Assembly (NCBI GenBank): GCA_951406725.2 | Contig: OX597819.1 | Span: forward strand, 744,001 to 808,000 | DNA from: Octopus vulgaris | Taxonomy: Eukaryota | Length of the DNA: 64,000 nucleotides | Direction: 5' to 3' | Shown here: positions 27,460-41,777 of the stretch, in pieces | Layout of the letters: every line of letters begins with the position of its first letter | Numbering within the stretch: the first letter of the stretch is position 1 | The notes under the pieces: model-generated | Told to the model about the DNA's origin: nothing | Seen by the model: only the letters and a program-made list of their open reading frames with translations | Databases searched by the model: none | Translations under genes and position numbers: made by a program

Positions 27460-28650
27460 TCATCATCATTAACTTCATATTTTGTCTCCCTACCTGACAA
27501 AAAAACGACACGGAGACACCCACGATCTAAACACTGGCACATCCTTGACTATGTTCTGACAAGATCCAGGGACAGACAAGATATATGCATCACCCACTCC
27601 ATGCCTGGTGAAGATGACTGCTGGACAGATCACCGCTTTCTTATTTCTTGCCTTGACATCAAGATCTGCTGCCCACCAAAGTGGATCTCAGCAAATATTC
27701 TTTGCCGGCGCTTCACTTGCACCAAACACCAGAACTTACAGGCATCTCAAGTCTTTAGAGAATCCATTGAGAGACACCTGATGGACCTCCCTGAGCCAGC
27801 CGCCTTTGAGGATTGCTGGGCCAGCCTTCATGAATCCATGATTGGGTTTGTTTGAAAGAAGGACCAAGACTGGTTTGACAAGAATGATGAAACCATCTCC
27901 CATCTTATTGAAGCCAAACTCCAGATGTGACTAGCCCTCAAGAACCATACCATTGTGGAGAACAAACGAAAACATCAGCAAACATCAACGGAATGCCAGC
28001 GAGGACTTCGAGAAGCTCAGAACAGGACTTCGAGAAGCTCTGGTGGCAGAGGAGGTGCAAAACTATGTGGGTCAATGAGACTTGCACAGCTTTTATGCCA
28101 CAACCAAGGAGATCTTTGACCCACAAGGTCATCAGTGGGTGGCCTGAAGAACACAGCTGGCTCTACGATAACCAACACCTAGGGAATCCTCGATTGCTGG
28201 AAGTCCCATTTCAAGTGCCTACTTAATGACCACTCATGCACTCCTGCCGATCTCCTCCAAAGCACCCCACAGCTCCCCATCCACCACTGGATGTCCCAGC
28301 TGCCCTCACGCCATGAGTTCAAGAAGGCACTTGTGTGCATGAAGCCGGAGAAAGCTCCAGGATCAGATAATATCCCATTTGAGTTTTTCACACACAGAGG
28401 TCCTGAGCTGAGAAATCATCTGATGCTCCTTATTCTCAAGATCTTGGAAAGCAAGACTCCACCCCCAATGACTTCCACGATGCAACTATCATCCCCATCT
28501 ACAAGAAGGGAGACTGAGAGGATTGCAACAACTATCAGAGCATTTCACTCCTGAGTATTGCAAGTAAGATCTTCGCCTGTATCATACTCAATTGCCTCCT
28601 CATCTTCATGGAAGATGTCTCCCCTGAGTCCCAGGGTGGCTTTTGAACCT
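27460..28650 (+). mobile_element. RTE (BovB-like) LINE fragment, endonuclease to start of RT
   Basis: TTRRHPRSKHWHILDYVLTR...DCWTDHR and KAPGSDNIPFEFF motifs. Confidence 0.85.
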
Positions 28651-28714
28651 CTCAGAGGAGGCAGTGCTGCCCTGGATCAAGAGGGCAGCTGCTGGAAGAC
28701 AGGACTCTGCACTA

Positions 28715-29127
28715 TGCCACATAAGCAGGAGAACCCAGTCATGACTGTCAGACAATTTCTGCAACCACATCACCCCTAACATCTGGCCATCTAACTCCCA
28801 AGACTGCAACCCCCTTGATTATTGTGTGGGTGGAACAGTTGAGTGAGAGATAAAAAAAAACTTGTTACATCAAAGATGAACTGGAAGCAAGGATTATGGC
28901 AGCATTCACCAACTTAAGCAAGGAGACACTCCAGATGAGTTGCATGGAATTCCGAAGTGGTCTGGAGGTTGTGGTTGAAGCCAATGGCGATTTTATTGAA
29001 TAAATTTACTCTTTAGTATTTAAAGATATTTTTATGTAATTTTGGTAAATATACCTATTAAAATGAGATGTCAGTATTATTTTCATTTTTGTGTAATTTA
29101 GATGACAATATATTCACTGCATGCTGT
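28715..29127 (+). mobile_element. Tc1/mariner 3' fragment (same family as 24558-25039)
   Basis: NIWPSNSQDCNPLDY, GLEVVVEANGDFIE*, 3' TIR TTTAGATGACAAT...CTG. Confidence 0.8.
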
Positions 29128-29337
29128 GTATATATATATATCTTTTATTTGTTTCAGTGATTAGACTGTGGCCACGCTGGGGCACTACCTTGAAGAATTT
29201 TAAGTCAAATGAATTAACCCCAATACCTTATCTTAAACCTGGCACTTATTCTTTCACTATCTTTTGCTAAGCTGTTAAGTTATGGGGAAATAAACACACC
29301 AACACTGGTTGCCAAGTGGTAGTAGGGCACGGACACA

Positions 29338-29416
<79 letters not shown>

Positions 29417-29974
29417 ACACACACGCATACTAAACAAACACACACATATTTATACAAGAGGCTTCATTCAGTTTCTGTCAACAAAGTTCACTCACAAGGC
29501 TTTGTTCAGCCTGAGGTTATTGTAGAAGACACTTGCCCTAGTTGCCATGCAATAGCACCTGATATATATATATATATATATAATCATACATATACATGGA
29601 TGTAGATGTGTGGTAAAAAGCTTGCATTCCAACCACATGGTTCCATGTTCAGTTCCACTGTGAGGTACCTTGGGCAAGTGTCTTCTTGGGCTGACTCAAG
29701 TCTTGTCTGTAGATTTGGTAGATGGAAAATGAAAGAAGTACATTCTGTGTGTGTGTGTGCATGCACATGTGTGTCTTTGTGTCTGTGTTTGTCCCCTGTC
29801 ACCGGTTGACATCCAGTGTTGGTGTGTTTACATCCCTGTAACTTAGCAATCCAGCAAAAAAGACTGATAGAATAATTACTAAGCTTAAAAAAAAAGTTGA
29901 TTCATTTGACTAAAAAAATTCTCCAAAGCAGTGTCCCAGCATGACCACAGTTTAATGAGTGAAACAAGTAAAAA

Positions 29975-30027
<53 letters not shown>

Positions 30028-30039
30028 CATATGTATATA

Positions 30040-30365
30040 TGGCTCAGTGGTTAGAGCGTCGAGCTTACGATCGTGAGGTTGTGAGCTCGAATCCCGGACT
30101 GGGCTGCGTGTTGTGTTCTTGAGCAAGACACTTTATTTCACGTTGCTCCAGTTCACTCAGCTGTAGAAATGAGTTGCGACGTCACGAGTGCCAAGCTGTA
30201 TCGGCCTTTGCCTTTCCCTTGGATAACACTGGTGGCGTAGAGAGGGGAGGCTGGTATGCATGGGCGACTACTGGTCTTCCATAAACAACCATGCCCAGAC
30301 TTGTGACTAGGAGGGTAACTTTCTAGGTGCAATCCCATGGTCAGTGTCGTGACCGAAGGGGGTCC
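30040..30365 (+). mobile_element. tRNA-derived CORE SINE (second family)
   Basis: A box TGGCTCAGTGG, B-box-like GCTCGAATCCC, CORE-like TGTGTTCTTGAGCAAGACACTTTA...CTCAGCTG. Confidence 0.8.
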
Positions 30366-30790
30366 CGGACATATACATACACACATACACTTATGCATAC
30401 ACACACACACGCGAGTTTGGTCATGTTATTTAGTAATAGTGGAGGCCGTAGATGGATACACCATTTCCCAAACATGTTGGCTCGTCATCAAATCATCTCA
30501 GGATTATAAGAGAAAGTGACTGAGAATGAAAAAGAGTGAGATCCAGAAGAAAGGGTAAGAAGCAAAGAGTGAGGGAGAGCTAAGGGATAGATAGCTAACA
30601 TGATAAATACTAATGGAAACAAGGAAATATATGTAATCATTACCTTGCTTATATATATATATATATATTAATAAAAGGAATTCCAACCTTGTCTGATTTT
30701 CACGTTTTATTTACAATCTTATAATGATATAATATAAGATAATATAATAAAATAAAATAAAATAATAGAATGTTAAATGTTCATTCTGAT

Positions 30791-30835
30791 TGAACTAGTA
30801 CTTTCATGCATTAAATTCTGCAATCTTCAGGTTCA
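30791..30835 (-). ncRNA. Minimal type-I hammerhead ribozyme, canonical core
   Basis: Minus strand TGAAC-CTGAAGA-TTGCA(GAATTTAA)TGCAT-GAAA-GTAC-TA-GTTCA: stem I TGAAC/GTTCA, stem II TGCA/TGCA, palindromic stem III AGTACT, cleavage triplet CUA. Confidence 0.8.
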
Positions 30836-30873
30836 TGTAGTAGTGGTGACAGTCATGCTTCACAATTTTTGAC

Positions 30874-32409
<1,536 letters not shown>

Positions 32410-32419
32410 TATATATATG

Positions 32420-32655
32420 TGGAGGCACAATGGCCCAGCGGTTAGGGCAGCGGACTCGCGGTCGTAGGATCGCGGTTTCGATTCCCAGATCGGTCGTTGT
32501 GAGTGTTTATTGAGCGAAAACACCTAAAGCTCCACAAGGCTCCTGCAGGGGGTGGTGGCGATCCCTGCTGTACTTTTTCGCCACAACTTTCTCTCACTCT
32601 TTCTTCTGTTGGCCTGCTCGCTTAGCAGGCCAACAAGCGCATTGTGACCAGTGAT
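32420..32655 (+). mobile_element. tRNA-derived SINE (third family); related copy at 35565-35855 on the minus strand
   Basis: TGGCCCAGCGGTTAGGGCAGCGGACTCGCGGTC...GGTTTCGATTCCC head followed by a non-tRNA body. Confidence 0.75.
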
Positions 32656-33195
32656 ATATATATATATATACCTGAAAATTTAACTCAGTCATATATGCAT
32701 ATAAGCTGGCTGAGATGTGTGTGTATATATGGATGTATGTGTGGTCGTGTGTGTGTGTGTTTGTGTGTGTGTGTGTACGTGTACATACTTAAATAATTAA
32801 ATGAAATACACAAAGCTGTACATTTGTATAAATGATACAAGTGTATTTGTACTGTACTGTGCAAGATTGTAGTTTGTTTAAGGTACCAGTAAGCTACTGT
32901 GGAAGCTGCAGATACTTGAAGTTCCTGCTCAGATATTAATGTGCACCTTCAATGTCTTGAAAGTCAGTGTTTTACTTGTCTTATAAAACTATATAATTAG
33001 TGTCTCATAAACATGCCATGGCAATAATAATCAGCCTATGTTTGCAAACCTATTATTTGTTTGTTATAAACTACCAATTAACTCTGAAAAAAAAAGACTC
33101 TTTCCCTAGATATAGAGATAGGTGGAGGGAAAGTAATCAAAATCTCACCCCAAACTGCTGTTGTAAGCAGGATTCATGAGACATATAGTGTACCT

Positions 33196-33417
33196 ATTTC
33201 TTTACTACCTGCAAGGAGCTAAATGCAGAGAGGACAAACAAATGGGTTAAGTCGATTATATCGACCCCAGTGCATAACTGATACTTAATTTATCGACCCT
33301 GAAAGGATGAAAGGCAAAATCGACCTCGGCGGAATTTGAACTCCGAACGTAACGGCAGACGAAATATGGCTAAGCATTTCGCCTGGCATGCTAACGATTC
33401 TGCCAGCTCGACACCTT
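33196..33417 (-). mobile_element. Nin/Deu-domain SINE; further copies at 34470-34667 (-) and 54930-55143 (+)
   Basis: Minus strand GAGCTGGCAGAATCGTTAGC...GAGTTCAAATTCCGCCGAGGTCGA...GCCTTTCATCCTTTC...GTCGATAAATTAAGTA. Confidence 0.82.
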
Positions 33418-34369
33418 AAAAGGTACACTATATGAGACATATAGTATACCATGATGTCAAAGATCTAAGAATATGTTACTAGTTATGTCAATGAAAAGCA
33501 TTAAAAAAATGTTGAGTTATCTGCTTAATAAATAATTGTTTAAAAACTTTAATAGTGAAGTAAGTTTATATTGGTCATATAACATCCTTTTTAATAATCA
33601 ATGCTGTCACCTCTCAGCTGTCTACATGTGTATGGTGTGTACATGTTTTGCAACCAGTGCACAAAAGAAATTAATATGCATTTAAGCAATTAATGGGTAC
33701 ACAAAATGTTATAAAATAAAATAATGTAGTAATTGATAATTATATTAATTGTATGTTCAGTGTTACACATACTTATGTTACGGAAACAAAATTTGCACAA
33801 CCAAAGATTTGTGCACAAACTGTTGAAATTTAGAAGGTACCATAGATGTACATCTGAACTCTAGAAATGACTGTGATACAGTATAAGCACAACAGAGGGT
33901 AAATTGTCTGTAAAGAAGCCTCATTATTGATTGAAAGTAACTATATAAATTTGATGTTAATTAAAGAGGCTATAATCTTCTAATAACAGGTTTTTATGCA
34001 AATGACAAATAATCATGTATTTAATATGATTAAAACAGAGAAGTCGCAGTATTATGTGGTCAGGAATTAAGTAAAAATGGGACAAGAAAATTGTATTAGA
34101 TGCAGTGGAAGCTTATTAATTCAGGTAAAAGTAGTACCAACAAAGGGGATGTTATTACTTGAAATAAAAATAATATGAAAGAGGTGTAAGGCCTTTATTA
34201 CCTTTGGTAAGTATAGTATGGAAAAGTTGGGGAGCAAGCTTCATAAATTTAGGGAAAATAATATGAAAACAGAAGGGATATCGTTAATTTAGATAAAAAC
34301 AGTATGAAAGAGAGATGTTACACTTAAACCTGGTTAAACAGACACTTAACCTTTTTTCTCCCATTCATC

Positions 34370-35970
34370 AAGGCATATTATTGTTCAGTCTCCTAGTCCA
34401 GGAGACACATTATTGTGTCTCCTGGACAACAGACACAATATAGTTAAGTCTCCTGGTCAAATAGATATACTGGTTTCAAATTTTGGCACAAGGCCAGCAA
34501 TTTTGGGAGAGGTGGGTAAGTCGATTACATTGATCCCAGTGTTCAACTGGTACTTATTTTATTGGCCTTGAAACGACGAAACACAAAGTTGATCTCTGTG
34601 GAATTTGAACTCAGAACATAAGACAGCTGATATGCCTTGTATGCTAACAACTCTGCCAGCTCACCACTATCTCTTGATCAAATAGATATATTGCAGTCAA
34701 GTCTTTTGTTTAGCAGACATGTTACTGTCAAAGTTCCTTTTCTAGAAGTCACATTCCTGGTAAGCCTCCTTGTCCAAGACACATTACTGTTAGGTAACTG
34801 TGTTCAGTAGAAATATAACTGTTTAGTCTCCTTGTCTGGTAGACATATTAATTTTCTTAGTGTATTAATCACATTAATGTTAAGCCTTTTTGTCCTTAGA
34901 AAATTGATTATTGAGTCACTTTGTCCAGCTGACATATTTTAGTGTCCAGTAGACACATTACTGTAGAGTTTCCTTGACTAGTAGTCACAGTACTGTTATG
35001 TCTTTTGGTCCAGTAGATACAGCAAAATTTCTAGTTACTTAGATACATTTTTGTGTCTCTTTGTCCAGTAAATACATCTCCATTAAGCTTTCTTGTGTAG
35101 AAGATAATGTACCTCTTTGATCAATAGACACATTATGTTCAGGTTTCCTAATCCACTGGACACACTGCTGTCTAGGTTAAGCCAATATATTACCGTTAAG
35201 GTTCTTGGTACAACAGTCATATTACTGTTAAGTCTTGTGATGCAGCAATCACGTTACTGTGAAATCTGTTCCAGCAGGCACATTGCAGTGATGTCTTCTC
35301 ATCCAGGAGACACATTCTGTTAAGTCGTTTTGTCCAGTAATCACATTACTATTAATCCTCCTTTTCCAACCAACACATTACTGTTAATCTGCTTCAGACC
35401 TTGATCAAGCAGACACATTACTATTAAATCTCTTAGCCCATTATGTTAAGTCTTCTTTTCCAGTAGACACATGATTGTTAATCACCTAGTGGAGAAAACA
35501 CTTTGTATTAACTCACTTTGCTCATTAGACACAACACATTACAGTTAAGTATCCTTATACAGCATGTTCCTTCTCGAGTCATGTCTGGCTCATAAGGGCT
35601 GGTTTCCTTGGAGTATAGGTTCCCCACATGGATGGGATGCCGGTCCGTCACAGGTGAGCTGCTAGATGCAGGAGGAAAGAGTGAGAGAAAGATGTGGCGA
35701 AAGAGTCAGCAGAAGTTCGCCATTACCTTCTGCCAGAACCGCGTGGAGCTTAGGTGTTTTGCTCATAAACACACACATCGCCCGGTCTGAGATTCGAATC
35801 CACGATCCCTCGACCGCGAGTCCACTGCTCTAACCACTATGCCATGTGCCTCCACCTTATACACTATACATATTGTTCTTAAATCTCTTGGTCTAATAAG
35901 CATATTTCTTAAGTCTTCTGGTTCATAGGCTAAATTATGACTAAGTCTTCGGGTCCAGCATACACATTAG
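34370..35970. repeat. Degenerate ~33-bp minisatellite interrupted by two SINEs
   Basis: Recurrent GTCCAGTAGACACATTACTGTTAAGTCT-like units. Confidence 0.75.
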
Positions 35971-36614
35971 GGTAGAGTAAAAATAAAAAATTGTAGAAAT
36001 TGAAAATACCTGAGGGCTAAAATGTTGCTATATTTAATTACTAGAAAAATGCAAAATTTTTGCTGAGATCAATCAAGGGCATTTACTCTCTCAAGTCCTC
36101 TAAACTCTGAAAATGGGGGAATTTTGTAACAATTTTTACAATAGCAGAGTTTGGAGGATATGTAGAAATTTTAAGAGTATCAGTTTGGAATACAAAAAAT
36201 ATTTTGTTTGTGAATTAGTGAACTGATGGAACTCTATGAAACAATATTGAATTTGTACCTTGGCTGAACCTAATCAAAAGAATAAAAGAGAAGATCACAT
36301 GTGACAATTTGGCACAAGGCCAGAAGTTTTGGTAGGAGCAAAATTAATTGCATCAACCACAGGATTTGAATACTAAATGTAAATGCTCATAGATATGTGC
36401 TGCAACACATTTAGACTAATTTTCAAAGAATTCTGCCCACTTATGTCATTATAAGTATAAGTATGGCTGAATGGTTAAAAAGTTTGCTTTGCAATCATAT
36501 GGTTTTGGGTTCAGTCCCACTGTGCAGTCTCAGGCCAATCAATGCTATGGGAATGAATTTGGTAGACTGTAACTGTGTGGAAGCCTGTTGTATATATATA
36601 ATATATAATATATA

Positions 36615-36688
<74 letters not shown>

Positions 36689-37572
36689 CAGGTGAGTATA
36701 TAAGTGCAAAAGAAGGTGAAAAAAATAGTATTCAATGTGTGTGTGTGTATCCTTGCTTGTCTTTGTCTTTGTCTCACCAATACTTGTCAACAAGTGTTGG
36801 TTTGTTTATGTCATTGCAACTTAGTGGTTCAGCAAAGATGACTGATAAAATAAATACTAAACTTTCAAAGTAAGTGATTTGGCAGCGTGGTTTCATTGAC
36901 TAAACCCTTCAAGATGGTGCCCCAGCATGGACACAGTCCACTGACTGAAACAAGCAAAACCAAAACCTTATCCAATCAGTCCTTTTATAAATACATTATA
37001 TACAATGTAAAAAAACCCAACATTGTTCACCTATTTCTACAAAGAATCAAGCATAGGCTATGAGCTGTTCAATAATTTCTTGACAATGAAACCAATCACA
37101 TTTTCATTAGATGCTTTTAGAAAATCAATTGATAACTTTTCTTCCTTCAAAGCAAATGAAGTTTAAAATTATTTTTGATCCTACTTCAAGAGAATCAATA
37201 GTGATTCTAATTAAAGCTTGGGGACTAATATAATTAATCTTTAAAAAAATGCATCTAGAGTTTTGAGCTAAATTTAATTGTTGTTCACATATTTTCCTTT
37301 CAACTTTCAAACTTTTTTTTATTAAATCAAATTGTCAGTGCTCCATAGAAATAATCTTAGTTATTTAAAATGTGCTTTTACAGGAAATAAGCCTTGAAAT
37401 GTATAACTGTATGTGTATATATTAACTAGAGACACACAAAGCAGTGTTGATTGAAATATAAATATGTACAATTATATATACCATGTTTGCGTATACTTGG
37501 ATGTGGAAAGACATTTTCAGTGGTAATTGTCTGAGAAGAAAGTTTATCTTATAGATAACATGTGTGAAAGTG

Positions 37573-37975
37573 CATCACTGGGCTATACGATGTAATTGAA
37601 CTGTAGGATGCATGCGTTTCTATATTGTTACACTTCATCAGCTATGGACATTGAATCTGTCATTTCCAACCCACTAAGAACAGCTGTTATATTTAGACAG
37701 TAAAAAGTACATTTGCTGATGTGCATAAATCTTTGTCAAGCAGGAATTAATTAACTAAAGGTGCATGAAGCAGTGTTGAGGGAAATATAGGTGTGTCTAA
37801 CAAATTTATGTTAAGTTTTGTACACATCAGCAAATGTTCTATTTGCTGTTTGAATATAAGAACTCCTATTTATAGCAGGCTGTGAATAATGAATTCAGTG
37901 TCTGTTACTGATGAAGCATAATGCAGAAATGCATGTGTCCTGTGGTCTGATTACATCATCCATAGCCCAGTGATG
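37573..37975. repeat. ~400-bp imperfect inverted repeat carrying two opposed degenerate hammerhead motifs
   Basis: Arms CATCACTGGGCTAT / ATAGCCCAGTGATG and ACATTTGCTGATGTG / CACATCAGCAAATGT; CTGATGA...GAAA cores at 37601-37647 (-) and 37902-37945 (+). Confidence 0.75.
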
Positions 37976-38059
37976 TTTTCATTGACTACAAAGAGAATTT
38001 TCTACCAAGACAATTTCCACAGCAGATGTCTTTCCATGTCCATGTGTACATACATATAC

Positions 38060-38090
<31 letters not shown>

Positions 38091-38162
38091 ATTATTTTCT
38101 TGAGGATGCATAACCGCATACACTTAAATGTATATAATATATAATGTATATAATATAAATAG

Positions 38163-38209
<47 letters not shown>

Positions 38210-39221
38210 GTATAAATATAAATATATGCAGAACAGTGTATTTGCATGCAGGAAAAAATATAAGAGAATTTATTCGAGGGTTTGAAAATGCACTTGAATC
38301 TCAAAATGTGTAGTCGTTTTAAAATTTTGTAATAGATTTATTCAAATACCAAACTGGTTTTGTCAATTTTTTGCTTATCAATAGTAAAAATAAATAAATA
38401 AAGGGTTTAAGAGAGTTTAAAGTTACAAGGTAAAATTTGGAAAAGCATGTTTAAAAGATCAAATGTTCAAATGTTCACAGCAATTTCAATGAGTTTCACT
38501 GAGATAGACAATATTATAAGTTTAAATGTTCAATGAATATCATAACAAATATACATGATTGAAAGTTCAGTCATATTGAGTTTTTATAAAGATAATGGAG
38601 AAAAAGAAAACGATGAAGAGAAAGAAAAAAATGTTTTTTACAATTTCTGTCATAGTGCATGAAGGAGTTCTTTTCCCAATTTCAGTTGTAGTGCATGAGT
38701 TTCTTCATCTTGGTTGCTTTTTAGAGTTCAAAATGTTTTTAGAGTTCATTTAGTATATTTACATTAGTATGCATTTACAGCAAAGTTTTGATTGGTTGTA
38801 AATTTAATGACGTTTTGTTGGTTTTCTTATGGGTGTTTTGGTCAAAATATTTTTGTTTTTGCAAAATAATCACCCACAACAAAAACAAGAGATGCCATCA
38901 AATTTACAAGCAATCAAAACTTGATTCTTTACATTAAAAACATATATATTTTTTAATGATTTTTACTTTCACACTGTGTGTGTGAATGTTTGTCCCCCAC
39001 TACTGCTTGACAACCAGTGCTGGTGTATTTATGTACCCTGTAACTTAGCAGTTTGTCAAAAGAGATTGATAAAATAAGTACCAGGCTTAAAAAAATAAAT
39101 TGAAAATCTACAGGGGTCAATTCATTCAACTTAAATTCTTTAAGGTGGTGTCCCGACCATGGCTCCAGTCTAATGACCGAAACAAGTAATAAAAAGAATA
39201 AAGGAATATATATATGTATGT

Positions 39222-40800
39222 ATCATCATCATCATCATCATCATCATTTAGCGTCCGCTTTCCATGGGTTGGATGGTTCAACTGGGGTCTGTGAAGCTGG
39301 AAGGCTTCATCAGGCCCAGTCAGATCTGGCAGTGTTTCTACGGCTGGATGCCCTTCCTAACGCCAACCACTCTGTGAGTGTAGTGGGTGCTTTTTACGTG
39401 CCACCTGCACAGGTGCCAGACAGAGCTGGCAAACGGCCACGAACGGATGGTGCTTTTACGTGTCACCGGCACGAGGGCCAGGCGAGGCTGGCAACGGGCA
39501 CGAACGGATGGTGCTTTTACGTGCCACCAACACAGGGGCCAGACAGAGCTGGCAAACGACCACGAAACGGATGGTGCTTTTACGTGTCACCGGCACGGGG
39601 GCCAGGCGAGGCTGGCAACGGGCACGAATGGATGGTGCTTTTACGTGCCACCAACACAGGGGCCAGACAGAGCTGGCAAACGACCACGAAACGGATGGTG
39701 CTTTTACGTGTCACCGGCACGGGGGCCAGGCGAGGCTGGCAACGGACACGAACGGATGGTGCTTTTACGTGCCACCAACACAGGGGCCAGACAGAGCTGG
39801 CAAACGACCACGAAACGGATGGTGCTTTTACGTGTCACCGGCACGGGGGCCAGGCGAGGCTGGCAACGGGCACGAACGGATGGTGCTTTTACATGCCACC
39901 AACACGGCGGCCAGACAGGGCTGGCAAACGGCCACGAACGGATGGTGCTTTTACGTGTTACCGGCACGGGGGCCAGGCGAGGCTGGCAACGGACACGAAC
40001 GGATGGTGCTTTTACATGTCACCGACATGGGGGCCAGACAGGGCTGGCAAACGGACACGAACGGATGGTGCTTTTACATGTCACAGACATGGGGGCCAGA
40101 CAGGGCTGGCAAACGGCCACGAACGGATGGTGCTTTTACGTGTCACCGGCACGAGGGCCAGACAGAGCTGGCAAACGGCCACGAACGGATGGTGCTTTTA
40201 CGTGTCACTGGCGCGGGGCCAGACAGAGCTGGCAAACGGCCACAAACGGATGGTGCTTTTATGTGTCACCGGCACGGGGGCCAGGCCAGGCTGGCAACGA
40301 ACACGAACGGATGGTGCTTTTACGTGCCACCTACACGGGGGCCAGACAGGGCTGGCAAACGGCTACGAACGGATGGTACTTTTACGTGTCACCTGCACGG
40401 GGGCCCTGATGTTGATCAACCTCAATTTGGTTTGATCTTGATTTTGACTGTTCTCACTGGTCTTGCCAGGTTTTCTCACGCACAGCATACCTCCAAAGGT
40501 CTCGGTCACTGGTCATTTCCTTGGTGAGACCTAAAGTTCGAAGGTCGTGCTTCACCGCCTCGACCCAGGTTTTCCTGGGTCTACCTCTTCCACAGGTCCC
40601 CTCAACTGCCAGGGTATGGCACTTTCGCACACAACTATCTTCAGCCATTCTCATCACATGACCATACCAGCGCATACGTCTCTCTTGCACACAACAACTG
40701 ATGCTTCTTAGGTTCAACTTTTCTCTCAAGGTACTTACACTCTGTCGATTATGAACACTGACGTTACACATCCATCGGAGCATACTAGCTTCATTTCTTG
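39222..40800 (-). mobile_element. Young 5'-truncated RTE LINE with a large 3' UTR minisatellite
   Basis: ARNEASMLRWMCNV...GRGRPRKTW...YAVREKT C-terminus, (CAT)n tail. Confidence 0.92.
39385..40405. repeat. GC-rich VNTR, about 20 units of 51-52 bp
   Basis: Unit GGATGGTGCTTTTACGTG(T/C)CACC...GGGCCAG...GCTGGCAA...CACGAAC with alternating variants. Confidence 0.95.
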
Positions 40801-40834
40801 CGATATATATATATGTGTGTGTGTGTGTATGTGT

Positions 40835-40898
<64 letters not shown>

Positions 40899-40900
<2 letters not shown>

Positions 40901-41490
40901 CTTTGTATCTGAAAGAAGTGTCAATGGAAAAGAGTAGGAAAGGAAAAAGGTGAGAGAGACTCTCTTTCACACACTCTCTCTCTCTCACCAGTCAATGATA
41001 AAAATAAATCCAGACAAAAAATTTCTTTGAAAAACAAGACCACCCCTTGGAGTGGCCACCTGATTTTACCATTTTTAAAGGACAAGAATCACTTTCTATT
41101 GAAAGAACTGACCAGCTGCAAAGATGTATACACATTTTTTTCTTTCTCTCTTCCTTTTTTTTTTTCTTCTCTTTTCCATTGACATGCCTTTCAGATAAAC
41201 AAGCACCCACACACGCATGCACACATACATGCACACACAAAAACACACACACACACTCACTCTCTCCCCAGACAATGATAAAAAGAAATCCAAACAATTT
41301 TTTGAAAAGTAACATTTACCCCCCTTGGAGTAGCCACCTGATTTTGCCATTTCTAAAGGCCAAGAATCACTTTCTATTGAAAGAACTGACCAGCTGTATG
41401 GAAGTAAACAATTTTTTCTTCTTTCTCTTTTCCTTCTTCCTTTCCTCCTCTTTTCCATTGAGACTTCTTTCAGATACAAAGGTACACACA
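40899..41490. repeat. Local ~283-bp direct duplication preceded by a short inverted copy of its end
   Basis: 40975-41200 resembles 41255-41480; 40899-40950 is the reverse complement of about 41437-41484. Confidence 0.7.
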
Positions 41491-41733
41491 CACACACGCT
41501 CTCTCTCTCTCTCACTTTCTCCCCATTCCTCACCCACTTTTACTATCCTATATCTCTCTCCATCCCTACACACTCAATAATACTATAAAAAGAGACAAAT
41601 CTCTTGAAAAAATTCAATCTGACGAATCCACTAGAGTGGATGCAAGCACTTATATATGATTTATAAAAACATGTGACATATTGATAAAAATCTGTAAATA
41701 TAAAACCATCCAGATTTCTGAGTACCTTATTTC

Positions 41734-41769
<36 letters not shown>

Positions 41770-41777
<8 letters not shown>

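Noticed and set aside
30040-30112. tRNA gene candidates (also 3268 and 32420)
   Set aside because: A/B boxes run into SINE bodies without a proper acceptor stem; these are SINE heads.
39385-40405. CRISPR-like repeat/spacer appearance
   Set aside because: The intervening segments are variants of one another, no cas genes, eukaryotic context.
39173-40527. Three overlapping 340-420-aa ORFs
   Set aside because: Translation of a stop-free 51/52-bp VNTR in the antisense RTE 3' UTR; the same peptides cycle through all frames.
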